DNA of 64,000 nt from assembly GCF_041886205.1 (NCBI RefSeq), contig NZ_CP169029.1, one strand, 5' to 3'. The first letter of the stretch is position 1; every line of letters begins with the position of its first letter. This DNA is from Escherichia coli. GTDB lineage: Bacteria; Pseudomonadota; Gammaproteobacteria; Enterobacterales; Enterobacteriaceae. Made by a program: the position numbers and the translations under genes. The notes beneath the pieces were generated by a model, which ran no database searches, was not told where the DNA came from, and saw only the letters and a list, made by a program, of their open reading frames with translations. Shown piece after piece: positions 23,515-38,040 of the stretch.

Positions 23515-23540
23515 AAACCGGCTCTGTCAGGAGCCGGTTT
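23515..23540 (+). terminator. Probable intrinsic terminator after gudD
   Basis: 10-bp stem AAACCGGCTC / GAGCCGGTTT with 6-nt loop, 13 nt after the stop. Confidence 0.5.
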
Positions 23541-23564
23541 GAGACTGATGCCAAACACAAAATT

Positions 23565-23660
23565 GCCTGATGCGCTACGCTTATCAGGCCTACATGCTTT
23601 TTAATTTATTGAATTTAATTGGTTTTGTAGGCCGGATAAGGCGTTAACGCCGCATCCGGC
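23565..23660. repeat. Pair of REP elements (BIME-like) between gudD and barA
   Basis: GCCTGATGCGCTACGCTTATCAGGCCTAC and GTAGGCCGGATAAGGCGTTAACGCCGCATCCGGC in inverted orientation. Confidence 0.6.
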
Positions 23661-23734
23661 ATAAACACAGGCACTTTGTCACCAATCTGAAACCAGCGTC
23701 ATAAAAAGCCGATTGCTACTCGACAAGACGTCCG

Positions 23735-26491
23735 TTACCCGAGAATTTTGCTGGCTTCGCGCGCGACATTATCCATCTCGTCCAACAGTTCCAGCAGCTC
23801 CGGCTCCAAATCTTCTTCTTTAGTACCGCTACGTAGCTGTTGTTCGATCAGTTGGCAGAGATTCTTCATACGCGGCACACCGCTATAGCCGCAACTGCCA
23901 TGCAGTTTATGAATCAAATCAACCAGGCCTTCTGGGTTTTCTCCAACCAGCTGTTCCTCAACTTTGTTGCGAACTTCAGGCAGGAAATCGAGTAACATTT
24001 GCAGCATATCGCGCGCTAAATCGGTTTTTCCTGCTGCCTGGCGTAGTGCCAGTTGCCAGTCGAGGGTCGCATTCGGGTTCACCACAATTTCGTTGACTTC
24101 GGGCGTCACGACGCGAGACGAAATACCGCTGCCAGGCTTGTAGCGCAACAACAAATTATGCAATCGCTCTTCTTCAATCGGTTTCGCCAGATAATCGCTC
24201 ATCCCTGCGCCAAGCAGCTTCTCTTTTTGCCCGGCCATTGCATGCGCCGTTACCGCGATAACCGGCGTTTGTTGCTGATGGGGGAGCTGGTGGATGAGCT
24301 CGCAGGCCCGAATGCCATCCATGTCAGGCATTTGAATATCCATTAAGATCAAATCGAACGGCATCTGTTTCGCCCGTTCAACCGCCTGATGCCCGCTATC
24401 GCAAAGTTCCACATGTTGCACCATATCTTCCAGCAATGCGCCGATAAGTTTCAGGTTAGCGGGGTTGTCATCAACTGCCATGACTGTCATTGCCAGCTTG
24501 CTTTCATCGGTTACAGGCAAAAGCGTGTTTTGTTTGTGATGACAAAATTCCGTCAGGGCAGGCAACAGGCGTGTAGGTGTTAATGGTTTCAGCAGACACG
24601 CGCCGATACCATCTTGCTTGAGTTTTTCAGCATTGACTTGTGCATGGCAAGGAAGTGCCAGCATCAGGAAATCGGTCATCGATACCGCTTTCGCTAATCG
24701 CTCATGTTGCATTGTTAGCGGCTCGCGGAAGGTCACCGCGATGCCTAACAACATCATGTCGTAATGCGCGGGAGGCAGCGCGGAGAACGTTGGGCTATAA
24801 ACCACTTCCAGCGGCGTTTCACTTAAAATATCCAGCGTGCATTGCGCTGCTGCGGAGTTTGGTTCGACATAGGCCAGGCGCTTACCTGCGAGGCACTGGG
24901 TGGATGGCCCTTCGATAATAATGTTCGGGTTCAGATCGAGATTAATGTGGAACCAGAAAGTTGAACCGCGATTCGGCTGGCTATGGAACGAAATATCGCC
25001 GCCCATTTCATTAACCAGTTTTTGTGTAATCACCAGCCCCAGCCCGGTGCCACCATGACGGCGGGAAATACTGGCATCAGCCTGTCGGAAGGCCTGGAAT
25101 AAGCGCGATTGATCGCGTTCAGGAATACCAATGCCGGTATCCCGAATCTGCACTTCAATCTGCACTTTGGTATTACTCAGCGCACGTTTTTCTACCAGAA
25201 TATCAATGTTGCCATTCTCGGTGAATTTAATTGCATTCCCCACCAGGTTAGTGATGATTTGCTGTAATCGCAGCGGGTCGCCGATCACGTTATCAGGCAC
25301 GTCGCTTTTAATATTGAGCGTCAGTTCCAACCCTTTATCGTGAGAAGAATGTGCCAGCAGAGTAACGACTTCATCCAGCGTGCTGCGTAGTGGGAATGGA
25401 ATACTTTCCAGAATCAGCTTACCTGCTTCCAGTTTCGAGAAGTCGAGAACATCATTAATAATTGCCAGCAAATTATTTGCCGAACGTTCAATCGTATTCA
25501 GGTGATCGCGCTGCGTTGGTGTTAATTCTGTTTTCAGCGTCAGGCGGGTAAAGCCAATAACACCATTCAGTGGTGTACGCAGCTCGTGTGACATATTTGC
25601 CAGAAACTCGGATTTAATACGCGCCGCTTCCTGGGCGCGCTTTTTCGCCAGATCCAACTCAACGTTCTGAATTTCCATCTGCTCCAGCGTTTCACGCAGA
25701 TCGGACGTCGCCTGGTCGATATTGTGCTGCATCTCTTCGTGATAAGCAGCCAGCGACATTGCCATCGAGTTGATACCGTTTTTCAGCATATCCAGCTCGC
25801 CGAGCATAAATCCTTCCACCCGGCTGTCGAGTTGCCCGCGACGGATGCGGTCGACGGTATTCACCATGTTGCGAATCGGACCGGTTACATCGCGCATTAA
25901 GCGCCAGCCAAAAATAAGCGCAATACCGATACAAAACAGCATCATCACGCTGGAAATAAAGATCTCTTTATATTGCTGCAAGCGAACCGATTTAAGATCC
26001 AGCTCAAGCGCAATATATCCCAACATATTTTGACTATTTTTGGCATCGCTACTGGGCGATTCGTCGGGGGAGTAACTCTCAGAAATAATCGGCGTGCGGA
26101 GGATCATAATATCGCCGTCACGAGTGACAGTGAGCTGGCGAGGAAAAGGCACGTTGCTGCCGAGCTGCATCGATGAGGGATCAAGATGAAAATTGGAGGT
26201 GACAAAGAGTCGGTTATTTTCATCATAAACCGAAATCGCGCGAACAATATCGGAATGGCGACGATGCAGTACGCTTATTAACTGACCGATAGATTCGCGA
26301 TTTTGCAGGCTCATGCCATATTCAGTAGAAACTGCAAGCGGCTCAATAATGCTGGCACCGGCATCTTCCAGTTGACGCTGCAAGTCGTTATAGCGATGCA
26401 CGACGAAAAAGATACTCAGCAATAAACCAATAAGGACGGTCGGTGCCAGGATCAGAATCATCATGCGTGCGCGCAGGCTGTAGTTGGTCAT
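23735..26491 (-). CDS. barA: Hybrid sensor histidine kinase BarA
   Basis: 918 aa with TM, HAMP, HisKA/HATPase, receiver and HPt regions. Confidence 0.95.
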
Positions 26492-26547
26492 GGAGTTCCG
26501 TTATGGGACAATTAAGGTCACACTGTTAAATTGAGAAAGTCTCGCCA

Positions 26548-27849
26548 ATGGCGCAATTCTACTCTGCAAAACGACGCACGACGACGCGTCAGATCATAAC
26601 CGTTTCAGTCAACGACCTCGACTCTTTTGGTCAGGGCGTGGCGCGACATAACGGCAAAACGCTATTTATCCCCGGATTATTGCCGCAGGAAAACGCGGAA
26701 GTTACTGTTACTGAAGATAAAAAACAGTATGCCCGCGCTAAAGTCGTACGCCGGTTAAGCGATAGCCCGGAACGCGAAACGCCACGCTGTCCTCATTTTG
26801 GCGTATGCGGCGGCTGTCAGCAACAACACGCCAGCGTGGATTTACAGCAGCGAAGCAAAAGTGCGGCACTCGCCCGATTAATGAAACACGAAGTCTCTGA
26901 AGTGATCGCCGATGTTCCCTGGGGCTATCGCCGTCGCGCGCGTTTAAGTCTGAACTACTTACCGAAAACACAGCAACTTCAGATGGGGTTTCGCAAAGCG
27001 GGCTCCAGTGACATTGTCGACGTTAAACAATGTCCCATTTTAGTGCCCCAACTTGAAGCATTGCTGCCCAAAGTCAGGGCATGCCTGGGCAGCTTACAAG
27101 CTATGCGCCATCTTGGTCATGTTGAACTGGTACAGGCAACCAGCGGCACGCTGATGATTTTGCGCCATACCGCACCGCTAAGTTCGGTAGATCGCGAAAA
27201 ACTGGAACGCTTTTCGCATTCTGAAGGCCTGGATCTGTATCTCGCCCCCGATAGTGAGATACTCGAAACCGTCTCTGGTGAGATGCCCTGGTATGACTCA
27301 AACGGGTTGCGCTTAACTTTTAGCCCGCGCGATTTTATTCAGGTCAATGCGGGTGTGAACCAAAAAATGGTAGCGCGTGCGTTGGAATGGCTGGATGTTC
27401 AACCTGAAGATCGCGTACTGGATCTGTTCTGCGGTATGGGCAACTTTACACTGCCATTGGCGACACAAGCTGCCAGTGTGGTCGGTGTAGAAGGTGTTCC
27501 GGCGCTGGTGGAAAAAGGCCAGCAGAATGCGCGTCTTAATGGCTTACAGAATGTGACGTTTTATCACGAAAATCTTGAAGAAGATGTCACAAAGCAGCCG
27601 TGGGCGAAAAACGGCTTCGATAAAGTGTTGCTGGACCCGGCGCGAGCAGGTGCCGCAGGTGTTATGCAGCAAATTATAAAACTGGAACCTATTCGTATAG
27701 TTTATGTATCCTGTAACCCTGCAACGCTGGCTCGGGATAGCGAAGCGTTATTAAAAGCAGGATATACCATTGCGCGACTGGCGATGCTGGATATGTTCCC
27801 ACACACGGGACATCTGGAATCGATGGTACTTTTCTCGCGCGTTAAATAG
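26548..27849 (+). CDS. rlmD: 23S rRNA (uracil1939-C5)-methyltransferase
   Basis: 433 aa, TRAM domain and Fe-S cysteine cluster [11 protein letters not shown]. Confidence 0.93.
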   Translation: MAQFYSAKRRTTTRQIITVSVNDLDSFGQGVARHNGKTLFIPGLLPQENAEVTVTEDKKQYARAKVVRRLSDSPERETPRCPHFGVCGGCQQQHASVDLQQRSKSAALARLMKHEVSEVIADVPWGYRRRARLSLNYLPKTQQLQMGFRKAGSSDIVDVKQCPILVPQLEALLPKVRACLGSLQAMRHLGHVELVQATSGTLMILRHTAPLSSVDREKLERFSHSEGLDLYLAPDSEILETVSGEMPWYDSNGLRLTFSPRDFIQVNAGVNQKMVARALEWLDVQPEDRVLDLFCGMGNFTLPLATQAASVVGVEGVPALVEKGQQNARLNGLQNVTFYHENLEEDVTKQPWAKNGFDKVLLDPARAGAAGVMQQIIKLEPIRIVYVSCNPATLARDSEALLKAGYTIARLAMLDMFPHTGHLESMVLFSRVK

Positions 27850-27896
27850 TTACGATTTGCCGATTTCGGCAGGTCTGGTCCCTAAAGGAGAGGACA

Positions 27897-30131
27897 ATGG
27901 TTGCGGTAAGAAGTGCACATATCAATAAGGCTGGTGAATTTGATCCGGAAAAATGGATCGCAAGTCTGGGTATTACCAGCCAGAAGTCGTGTGAGTGCTT
28001 AGCCGAAACCTGGGCGTATTGTCTGCAGCAGACGCAGGGGCATCCGGATGCCAGTCTGTTATTGTGGCGTGGTGTTGAGATGGTGGAGATCCTCTCGACA
28101 TTAAGTATGGACATTGACACGCTGCGGGCGGCGCTGCTGTTCCCTCTGGCCGATGCCAACGTAGTCAGCGAAGATGTGCTGCGTGAGAGCGTCGGTAAGT
28201 CTGTCGTTAACCTTATTCACGGCGTGCGTGATATGGCGGCGATCCGCCAGCTGAAAGCGACGCACACTGATTCTGTTTCCTCCGAACAGGTCGATAACGT
28301 TCGCCGGATGTTATTGGCGATGGTCGATGATTTTCGCTGCGTGGTCATCAAACTGGCGGAGCGTATTGCTCATCTGCGCGAAGTAAAAGATGCGCCGGAA
28401 GATGAACGCGTACTGGCGGCAAAAGAGTGCACCAATATCTACGCGCCGTTGGCGAACCGTCTTGGGATTGGGCAACTGAAATGGGAGCTGGAAGATTACT
28501 GCTTCCGTTATCTGCACCCGACCGAATACAAACGCATCGCAAAACTGCTGCATGAACGCCGTCTCGACCGCGAACACTATATCGAAGACTTTGTCGGTCA
28601 TCTGCGCGCTGAGATGAAAGCTGAAGGCGTTAAAGCTGAAGTGTATGGCCGTCCGAAACACATCTACAGCATCTGGCGCAAAATGCAGAAAAAGAACCTC
28701 GCCTTCGATGAGCTGTTTGATGTGCGTGCGGTACGTATTGTCGCCGAGCGTTTACAGGATTGTTATGCCGCACTGGGGATAGTGCACACTCACTATCGCC
28801 ACCTGCCGGATGAGTTTGACGATTATGTCGCTAACCCGAAACCAAACGGTTATCAGTCTATTCATACCGTGGTTCTGGGGCCAGGTGGCAAAACCGTTGA
28901 GATCCAAATCCGCACCAAACAGATGCATGAAGATGCAGAGTTGGGTGTTGCTGCGCACTGGAAATATAAAGAGGGCGCGGCAGCTGGCGGCGCACGTTCG
29001 GGACATGAAGACCGGATTGCCTGGCTGCGTAAACTGATTGCGTGGCAGGAAGAGATGGCTGATTCCGGCGAAATGCTCGACGAAGTACGCAGCCAGGTCT
29101 TTGACGACCGGGTGTATGTCTTTACGCCGAAAGGTGATGTCGTTGATTTACCTGCGGGATCAACGCCGCTGGACTTCGCTTACCACATCCACAGTGATGT
29201 CGGACACCGCTGCATCGGGGCAAAAATTGGCGGGCGCATTGTGCCGTTCACCTACCAGCTGCAGATGGGCGACCAGATTGAAATTATCACCCAGAAACAG
29301 CCGAACCCCAGCCGTGACTGGTTAAACCCAAACCTCGGTTACGTCACAACCAGCCGTGGGCGTTCGAAAATTCACGCCTGGTTCCGTAAACAGGACCGTG
29401 ACAAAAACATTCTGGCTGGGCGGCAAATCCTTGACGACGAGCTGGAACATCTGGGGATCAGCCTGAAAGAAGCAGAAAAACATCTGCTGCCGCGTTACAA
29501 CTTTAATGATGTCGACGAGTTGCTGGCGGCGATTGGTGGCGGGGATATCCGTCTCAATCAGATGGTGAACTTCCTGCAATCGCAATTTAATAAGCCGAGT
29601 GCCGAAGAGCAGGACGCCGCCGCGCTGAAGCAACTTCAGCAAAAAAGCTACACGCCGCAAAACCGCAGTAAAGATAACGGTCGCGTGGTAGTCGAAGGTG
29701 TTGGCAACCTGATGCACCACATCGCGCGCTGCTGCCAGCCGATTCCTGGAGATGAGATTGTCGGCTTCATTACCCAGGGGCGCGGTATTTCAGTACACCG
29801 CGCCGATTGCGAACAACTGGCGGAACTGCGCTCCCATGCGCCAGAACGCATTGTTGACGCGGTATGGGGTGAGAGCTACTCCGCCGGATATTCGCTGGTG
29901 GTCCGCGTGGTGGCTAATGATCGTAGTGGGTTGTTACGTGATATCACGACCATTCTCGCCAACGAGAAGGTGAACGTGCTTGGCGTTGCCAGCCGTAGCG
30001 ACACCAAACAGCAACTGGCGACCATCGACATGACCATTGAGATTTACAACCTGCAAGTGCTGGGGCGCGTGCTGGGTAAACTCAACCAGGTGCCGGATGT
30101 TATCGACGCGCGTCGGTTGCACGGGAGTTAG
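27897..30131 (+). CDS. relA: GTP pyrophosphokinase, (p)ppGpp synthetase I
   Basis: 744 aa, RelA/SpoT family. Confidence 0.96.
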   Translation: MVAVRSAHINKAGEFDPEKWIASLGITSQKSCECLAETWAYCLQQTQGHPDASLLLWRGVEMVEILSTLSMDIDTLRAALLFPLADANVVSEDVLRESVGKSVVNLIHGVRDMAAIRQLKATHTDSVSSEQVDNVRRMLLAMVDDFRCVVIKLAERIAHLREVKDAPEDERVLAAKECTNIYAPLANRLGIGQLKWELEDYCFRYLHPTEYKRIAKLLHERRLDREHYIEDFVGHLRAEMKAEGVKAEVYGRPKHIYSIWRKMQKKNLAFDELFDVRAVRIVAERLQDCYAALGIVHTHYRHLPDEFDDYVANPKPNGYQSIHTVVLGPGGKTVEIQIRTKQMHEDAELGVAAHWKYKEGAAAGGARSGHEDRIAWLRKLIAWQEEMADSGEMLDEVRSQVFDDRVYVFTPKGDVVDLPAGSTPLDFAYHIHSDVGHRCIGAKIGGRIVPFTYQLQMGDQIEIITQKQPNPSRDWLNPNLGYVTTSRGRSKIHAWFRKQDRDKNILAGRQILDDELEHLGISLKEAEKHLLPRYNFNDVDELLAAIGGGDIRLNQMVNFLQSQFNKPSAEEQDAAALKQLQQKSYTPQNRSKDNGRVVVEGVGNLMHHIARCCQPIPGDEIVGFITQGRGISVHRADCEQLAELRSHAPERIVDAVWGESYSAGYSLVVRVVANDRSGLLRDITTILANEKVNVLGVASRSDTKQQLATIDMTIEIYNLQVLGRVLGKLNQVPDVIDARRLHGS

Positions 30132-30145
30132 GCCGAAATTTGCTC

Positions 30146-30191
30146 GTATCTACAATGTAGATTGATATATACTGTATCTACATATGATAGC
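30146..30191. promoter_or_regulatory. mazEF promoter with alternating palindrome (MazE-MazF autoregulation site)
   Basis: ATCTACAATGTAGATTGATATATACTGTATCTACATATGATAGC directly upstream of mazE. Confidence 0.6.
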
Positions 30192-30208
30192 GGTTTGAGG
30201 AAAGGGTT

Positions 30209-30457
30209 ATGATCCACAGTAGCGTAAAGCGTTGGGGAAATTCACCGGCGGTGCGGATCCCGGCTACGTTAATGCAGGCGCTCAATCTGAATATTGATGA
30301 TGAAGTGAAGATTGACCTGGTGGATGGCAAATTAATTATTGAGCCAGTGCGTAAAGAGCCCGTATTTACGCTTGCTGAACTGGTCAACGACATCACGCCG
30401 GAAAACCTCCACGAGAATATCGACTGGGGAGAGCCGAAAGATAAGGAAGTCTGGTAA
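30209..30457 (+). CDS. mazE: Antitoxin MazE
   Basis: 82 aa, [27 protein letters not shown]...; stop overlaps mazF start (TAATG). Confidence 0.95.
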
Positions 30458-30792
30458 TGGTAAGCCGATACGTACCCGATATGGGCGATCTGATTTGGGT
30501 TGATTTTGACCCGACAAAAGGTAGCGAGCAAGCCGGACATCGTCCGGCTGTTGTCCTGAGTCCGTTCATGTACAACAACAAAACAGGTATGTGTCTGTGT
30601 GTTCCTTGTACAACGCAATCAAAAGGATATCCGTTCGAAGTTGTTTTATCCGGTCAGGAACGTGATGGCGTAGCGTTAGCTGATCAAGTAAAAAGTATCG
30701 CCTGGCGGGCAAGAGGAGCAACGAAGAAAGGAACGGTTGTCCCAGAGGAATTACAACTCATTAAAGCCAAAATTAACGTACTGATTGGGTAG
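30457..30792 (+). CDS. mazF: mRNA interferase toxin MazF
   Basis: 111 aa, [35 protein letters not shown]... Confidence 0.95.
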   Translation: MVSRYVPDMGDLIWVDFDPTKGSEQAGHRPAVVLSPFMYNNKTGMCLCVPCTTQSKGYPFEVVLSGQERDGVALADQVKSIAWRARGATKKGTVVPEELQLIKAKINVLIG

Positions 30793-30862
30793 TGTTACTA
30801 ACTCACTTCTATTCTGGTCACAGGTTTCCACCTGACAGACCCGCAATTTTCAGGACATTCTA

Positions 30863-31654
30863 ATGAATCAAATCGACCGTTTGCTCACTATTATGCAGCG
30901 CCTGCGCGATCCGGAAAACGGCTGCCCGTGGGATAAAGAGCAGACATTTGCCACCATTGCGCCTTACACCCTTGAAGAAACCTACGAAGTGCTGGACGCC
31001 ATCGCCCGTGAAGATTTTGACGATCTGCGCGGTGAACTGGGCGATCTGCTATTCCAGGTGGTGTTTTACGCGCAAATGGCTCAGGAAGAAGGGCGCTTTG
31101 ACTTTAATGATATTTGCGCTGCTATTAGCGATAAATTAGAGCGTCGCCATCCGCATGTTTTTGCTGATAGTTCTGCCGAAAACAGTAGTGAAGTGCTTGC
31201 CCGTTGGGAGCAAATCAAAACCGAAGAGCGCGCGCAGAAAGCGCAGCATTCGGCGCTGGACGATATTCCTCGTAGTTTACCGGCTTTAATGCGGGCGCAA
31301 AAAATCCAGAAACGTTGCGCCAACGTTGGCTTCGACTGGACGACGCTTGGCCCGGTGGTTGATAAAGTCTACGAAGAGATCGACGAGGTGATGTACGAGG
31401 CGCGGCAGGCTGTTGTCGACCAGGCTAAACTGGAGGAGGAAATGGGGGACCTGCTGTTTGCCACGGTTAATCTGGCTCGCCATTTAGGGACGAAAGCAGA
31501 AATCGCATTGCAAAAAGCGAACGAAAAATTCGAGCGTCGTTTTCGCGAAGTGGAGCGTATTGTTGCCGCGCGTGGACTGGAAATGACAGGTGTTGACCTC
31601 GAAACAATGGAAGAAGTCTGGCAACAGGTAAAACGGCAGGAAATTGATCTCTAA
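30863..31654 (+). CDS. mazG: Nucleoside triphosphate pyrophosphohydrolase MazG
   Basis: 263 aa, tandem MazG domains. Confidence 0.93.
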   Translation: MNQIDRLLTIMQRLRDPENGCPWDKEQTFATIAPYTLEETYEVLDAIAREDFDDLRGELGDLLFQVVFYAQMAQEEGRFDFNDICAAISDKLERRHPHVFADSSAENSSEVLARWEQIKTEERAQKAQHSALDDIPRSLPALMRAQKIQKRCANVGFDWTTLGPVVDKVYEEIDEVMYEARQAVVDQAKLEEEMGDLLFATVNLARHLGTKAEIALQKANEKFERRFREVERIVAARGLEMTGVDLETMEEVWQQVKRQEIDL

Positions 31655-31667
31655 GGGAATTACGCGG

Positions 31668-31709
31668 TCAAGCGCCATTTGTGTCATTTTTTAAATGACA
31701 AGCGCTTGA
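31668..31709 (+). terminator. Inverted repeat / probable terminator after mazG
   Basis: TCAAGCGC ... GCGCTTGA outer arms with inner TGTCATT / AATGACA arms, followed by TTTGCGTC. Confidence 0.4.
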
Positions 31710-31866
31710 TTTGCGTCAAAAACATTTACCCCAAAGGGGCTATTTTCTCACTCCTGATTTCAATAGTGCGCTGGCGAAGAGGAGGGATAATGAAAGTTTG
31801 TGGCACAGGTCATGTTCGGGTATACTGCTTTCCCGTCCTGGTTATTCCATCGTCTTTTCAACCTAA

Positions 31867-33519
<1,653 letters not shown>

Positions 33520-33538
33520 GTAAAAAAGTTAGAACGGC

Positions 33539-33566
33539 AACGCGTACCCTGGGTACGCGTTGTTTG
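33539..33566 (+). terminator. Hairpin / probable terminator between pyrG and eno
   Basis: Perfect palindrome AACGCGTACCC-T-GGGTACGCGTT followed by GTTTGTCTGG. Confidence 0.5.
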
Positions 33567-33591
33567 TCTGGAGTTTCAGTTTAACTAGTGA

Positions 33592-34905
<1,314 letters not shown>

Positions 34906-35282
34906 TCCTGTTCTTTAACTCTTAACGTAAAAACCGCTTCGGCGGCAATGCCGATCAGTTAAGGAGCGGTTGACTGATCCTTAAACTGCGGCACTATAAC
35001 GGCTTCCACTCCAGGGAGCCGTTTTCTTATGCCACTTCTCAATGATCTGTTCGCCGCATGAGCCTCAGCGCTGATGGCGAGGTCGGAGAAAAGGTCCTGT
35101 CGCGCAATGCCATTACTCAGGCCCGGCGACGGGTGGCACCGCGCCTCTGGAATGGCTCTTTCATCAGACGGCACAGATCCGGGGAGCAGAACATTACCCC
35201 AAAGATAGCTGGCGTGTATTACAGCCCTTTGTCGTGCACGGGGGACACCGGATAGCAGGAAGTCTGGGGTATATTGCTGGCC

Positions 35283-35370
35283 TACAATCTGATACGACGG
35301 AAAGCTACAAAGGCAGTAGAAAAGCATAAAAGAGTGCTGAAAGAAATCAGCTTCAAATTTGCCGTATCAG
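35283..35370. repeat. Direct repeat copy A flanking the PTS/porin module
   Basis: CTGATACGACGGAAAGCTACAAAGGCAGTAGAAAAGCATAAAAGAGTGCTGAAAGAAATCAGCTTCAAATTTGCCGTATCAG; similar copy at 41469-41554. Confidence 0.6.
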
Positions 35371-35566
35371 AAAGTAGATGAAATCAGACATTATCTAATA
35401 TTATATTTTGGTTAAAATAGATATCAGAATTTAGCTATCCAATCGGTTTAATAAAATGAACCCGATTAAGATTGCTATGTGCTGAATGTATTTCATTTAA
35501 ATATAAATTAAAAAGTCGCCAGCAAGCTTATTTAACAGAACCGATAAAATAAAAAATGATATAAAT

Positions 35567-36613
35567 TTAGAACCAAAATTCAAGACCGGCGCGGTAAAAA
35601 TAGTCATTACTTTCTGAATTATAGGCGTCAGTTCGACCAATACGGACATAAGGGAGAAAACCATTTTCCATATTCATCATTAACTGTAAAGACGTCACTT
35701 TATCGGCGGTGTCTTTCTGGGTGACATTGTCTATTTTATAATCATTATTTTTGGCATACCCTAGCTTAGCACCATAGATACCATGCCAGTATTCGCCAAT
35801 TAAACTATAGGCATCCTGGGTGCTTTTAACATGGGTAATAAGGTCGGTCGTTTGACCATTTTTATAGCCCGCGTAAAACCTCAGACCAAGATCTGTAATG
35901 GGTATCTCGAGGCCCAAAACATAACCAGAGGCATCCTCCAGATTGTCATTTAACGTGTCATCGGTCGGTTGAACTGATTTGTTGCGAGTTTCTTCATAAG
36001 CAACATGTACTTTCACTGTAGAGAACGGCGTCCAGGTTACCCGTGAGCTGTAAGTCGTCGATCCAGAAACCGTAGAATCATCGCGATTAACGCTGAGAAC
36101 CACATCAAATCCCCCATAGTCTTTTGTTGCAAGGCTACCGTCATAGCGCACCATATTCGACATGCGATTGCTTTGATGCCAATGAACGTCACCTCCCCAG
36201 TCAAAAACGCGACCGAGACCGGGGTTGGTATAAGGCCAGTCAATGATTTCGTATAACGCCCCCTTCATGCGGCCAAAGCGAAGTTTCCCATACTTACCTT
36301 CAAACCCCACAAAGGTATCAAACTTTCCCAGACCAGAGTCGTTGGCCTCATAACCAACATAACCACTTTCAATCTGGAATATAACATTTACACCTTCAGT
36401 TATTTCTTTGTTCCCGCGAAAACCAATATATGATTCGTTATCGAGAGTATAATCATAATTCCTTTCATTGGCCTGAGTGGTAAAAATGGACATGGCTAAT
36501 TTACCATAGATTTCCAGGTTAAAATCTTTTGGCCCTCCCACTTGCATTGCATTTACTATTGTAGGCATAGTCGTAAGCAAAGAAATGCAAATAATATTAC
36601 TTGTTTTATCCAT
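35567..36613 (-). CDS. Outer-membrane porin (OmpC/OmpF-type general porin family), PTS-associated
   Basis: 348 aa; signal peptide; N-terminal ...LEIYGKL... and C-terminal ...GLEFWF beta-barrel signature ending in Phe. Confidence 0.7.
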   Translation of the reverse strand: MDKTSNIICISLLTTMPTIVNAMQVGGPKDFNLEIYGKLAMSIFTTQANERNYDYTLDNESYIGFRGNKEITEGVNVIFQIESGYVGYEANDSGLGKFDTFVGFEGKYGKLRFGRMKGALYEIIDWPYTNPGLGRVFDWGGDVHWHQSNRMSNMVRYDGSLATKDYGGFDVVLSVNRDDSTVSGSTTYSSRVTWTPFSTVKVHVAYEETRNKSVQPTDDTLNDNLEDASGYVLGLEIPITDLGLRFYAGYKNGQTTDLITHVKSTQDAYSLIGEYWHGIYGAKLGYAKNNDYKIDNVTQKDTADKVTSLQLMMNMENGFLPYVRIGRTDAYNSESNDYFYRAGLEFWF

Positions 36614-36833
36614 AAGTTGCCCCAGTAATTTTATATCCGAAAAGAGTAAAACCCGCCTTCATGGAGGGCTGTATTCATTACGCCATGAAAGGGCGTATTA
36701 AAATCTTTAAAAAGAAGTCTTCTGCCAGTCCTGTGAGATTTAAATCCAAAGGCAATAAGACAGAGCCAAAACCAGTGGATGACCACGCCCATAGAACGTG
36801 GTTTTCAGTTGGCAATAAATATTGAAAATAGAA

Positions 36834-37691
36834 TTATTTAGTTCTATTGATAATGTCCAGTGAAGATATTATTTTCTCCACATTATCTCCCCGATTAATA
36901 AATAATAACGCATTGAATAAAACATCAACCATAAAACTTTGTGCAGCGGTAATCGTTGATGAATCTGACTGATAAGGATTTGACGTCCCACCCGTCAGTA
37001 AGACAACATCAGCGTACTGACTTAATGAGGAATGCTTTAGTTTACTAATAACAATAGTCATCGCCCCTTTCTCTTTCACTCTTCTTAACGCATCGACAAC
37101 ATCGCGCGTTTCACCAGAGTGTGAAATCGCAACCACCACATCCTTTTTCCCAACGTTGTTCGAATTTAAGGTCATGGTATGATTGTCGATCAGAGCATCG
37201 ACGTTTGCCATAATTCTCATGAATCGATATTTGGCATACAGGACGGATATGGCTGACATACCAATGCCGTAGAAATAAACCTGCCCCGCTTTGCTCAGAC
37301 CGTCAGCTGCACGCATTAGGGTCTGTTCCTCTTGCAGGGCAAGCGTTTCATTGATAACAACGTAATTATCATTAGCCAGCTGTTGTGCAATCCCTGTCAT
37401 GGAGTTCGTCTGCTCATCAAGAGAAATCACTTTTGATAACAATGTATCGTCTGTATCTGTTTCCAGGCGAAGAGTCGTCTTTAATTCTGAAAAGCCCTTG
37501 TATCCCAGCTTTTTACAAAACCGAATAATAGACGCCTCACCAACATTCATTGCATCCGCTAATTTTGCAATGCTCATATTGATGAATTGCATACGATTAT
37601 TTTTAATAAACTGGTAAATACGTATTTCAGTCTGGGTCAATTCATTAATTCTGGTGTTAATTAACGTGTTAAAGACGACTCGGGTTTTCAT
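36834..37691 (-). CDS. RpiR/MurR-family transcriptional regulator (HTH + SIS domain)
   Basis: 285 aa, N-terminal HTH (IAKLADAMNVGEASIIRFCKKLGYKGFSELK) and SIS sugar-phosphate binding domain. Confidence 0.8.
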   Translation of the reverse strand: MKTRVVFNTLINTRINELTQTEIRIYQFIKNNRMQFINMSIAKLADAMNVGEASIIRFCKKLGYKGFSELKTTLRLETDTDDTLLSKVISLDEQTNSMTGIAQQLANDNYVVINETLALQEEQTLMRAADGLSKAGQVYFYGIGMSAISVLYAKYRFMRIMANVDALIDNHTMTLNSNNVGKKDVVVAISHSGETRDVVDALRRVKEKGAMTIVISKLKHSSLSQYADVVLLTGGTSNPYQSDSSTITAAQSFMVDVLFNALLFINRGDNVEKIISSLDIINRTK

Positions 37692-37698
37692 TAAGTAC

Positions 37699-38004
37699 TC
37701 ACTCCATCTTTTTATAAACCTCTATCAATTCTGTCACAAGTTCACGGCAAAGCATACCTGTCATAAGGTGATCTTGGGCGTGAACCATCACCAGAGTGAT
37801 TTGCAGTTTACCTACCCCCTCATCCAGACCAATTAGCCGAGTCTGCACCTCGTGTGCCTGCCTGAAGGCATCGTCAGAAACCTTTAAAGAGGCTTCCGCT
37901 TCAGCAAAGCTCCCCGCTTTGGCGAACCTGAGCGCCTCCATGGCACAACTGCGACCTTCGCCAGCGGCGATAATCAGCGACATCACATCATTTTCATAGC
38001 TCAT
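37699..38004 (-). CDS. PTS lactose/cellobiose-family EIIA component
   Basis: 101-aa helical EIIA (ChbA/LacF-like). Confidence 0.8.
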   Translation of the reverse strand: MSYENDVMSLIIAAGEGRSCAMEALRFAKAGSFAEAEASLKVSDDAFRQAHEVQTRLIGLDEGVGKLQITLVMVHAQDHLMTGMLCRELVTELIEVYKKME

Positions 38005-38040
38005 TTAAATTATCTCGTGTTAGGTATCGGTGGATACGAT

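Noticed and set aside
35058-35327. Short ORFs downstream of eno overlapping direct-repeat copy A, considered as an IS/transposase remnant
   Set aside because: No DDE motif, terminal inverted repeats or convincing transposase similarity could be recognised by eye. Left as an unexplained repeat (see findings).
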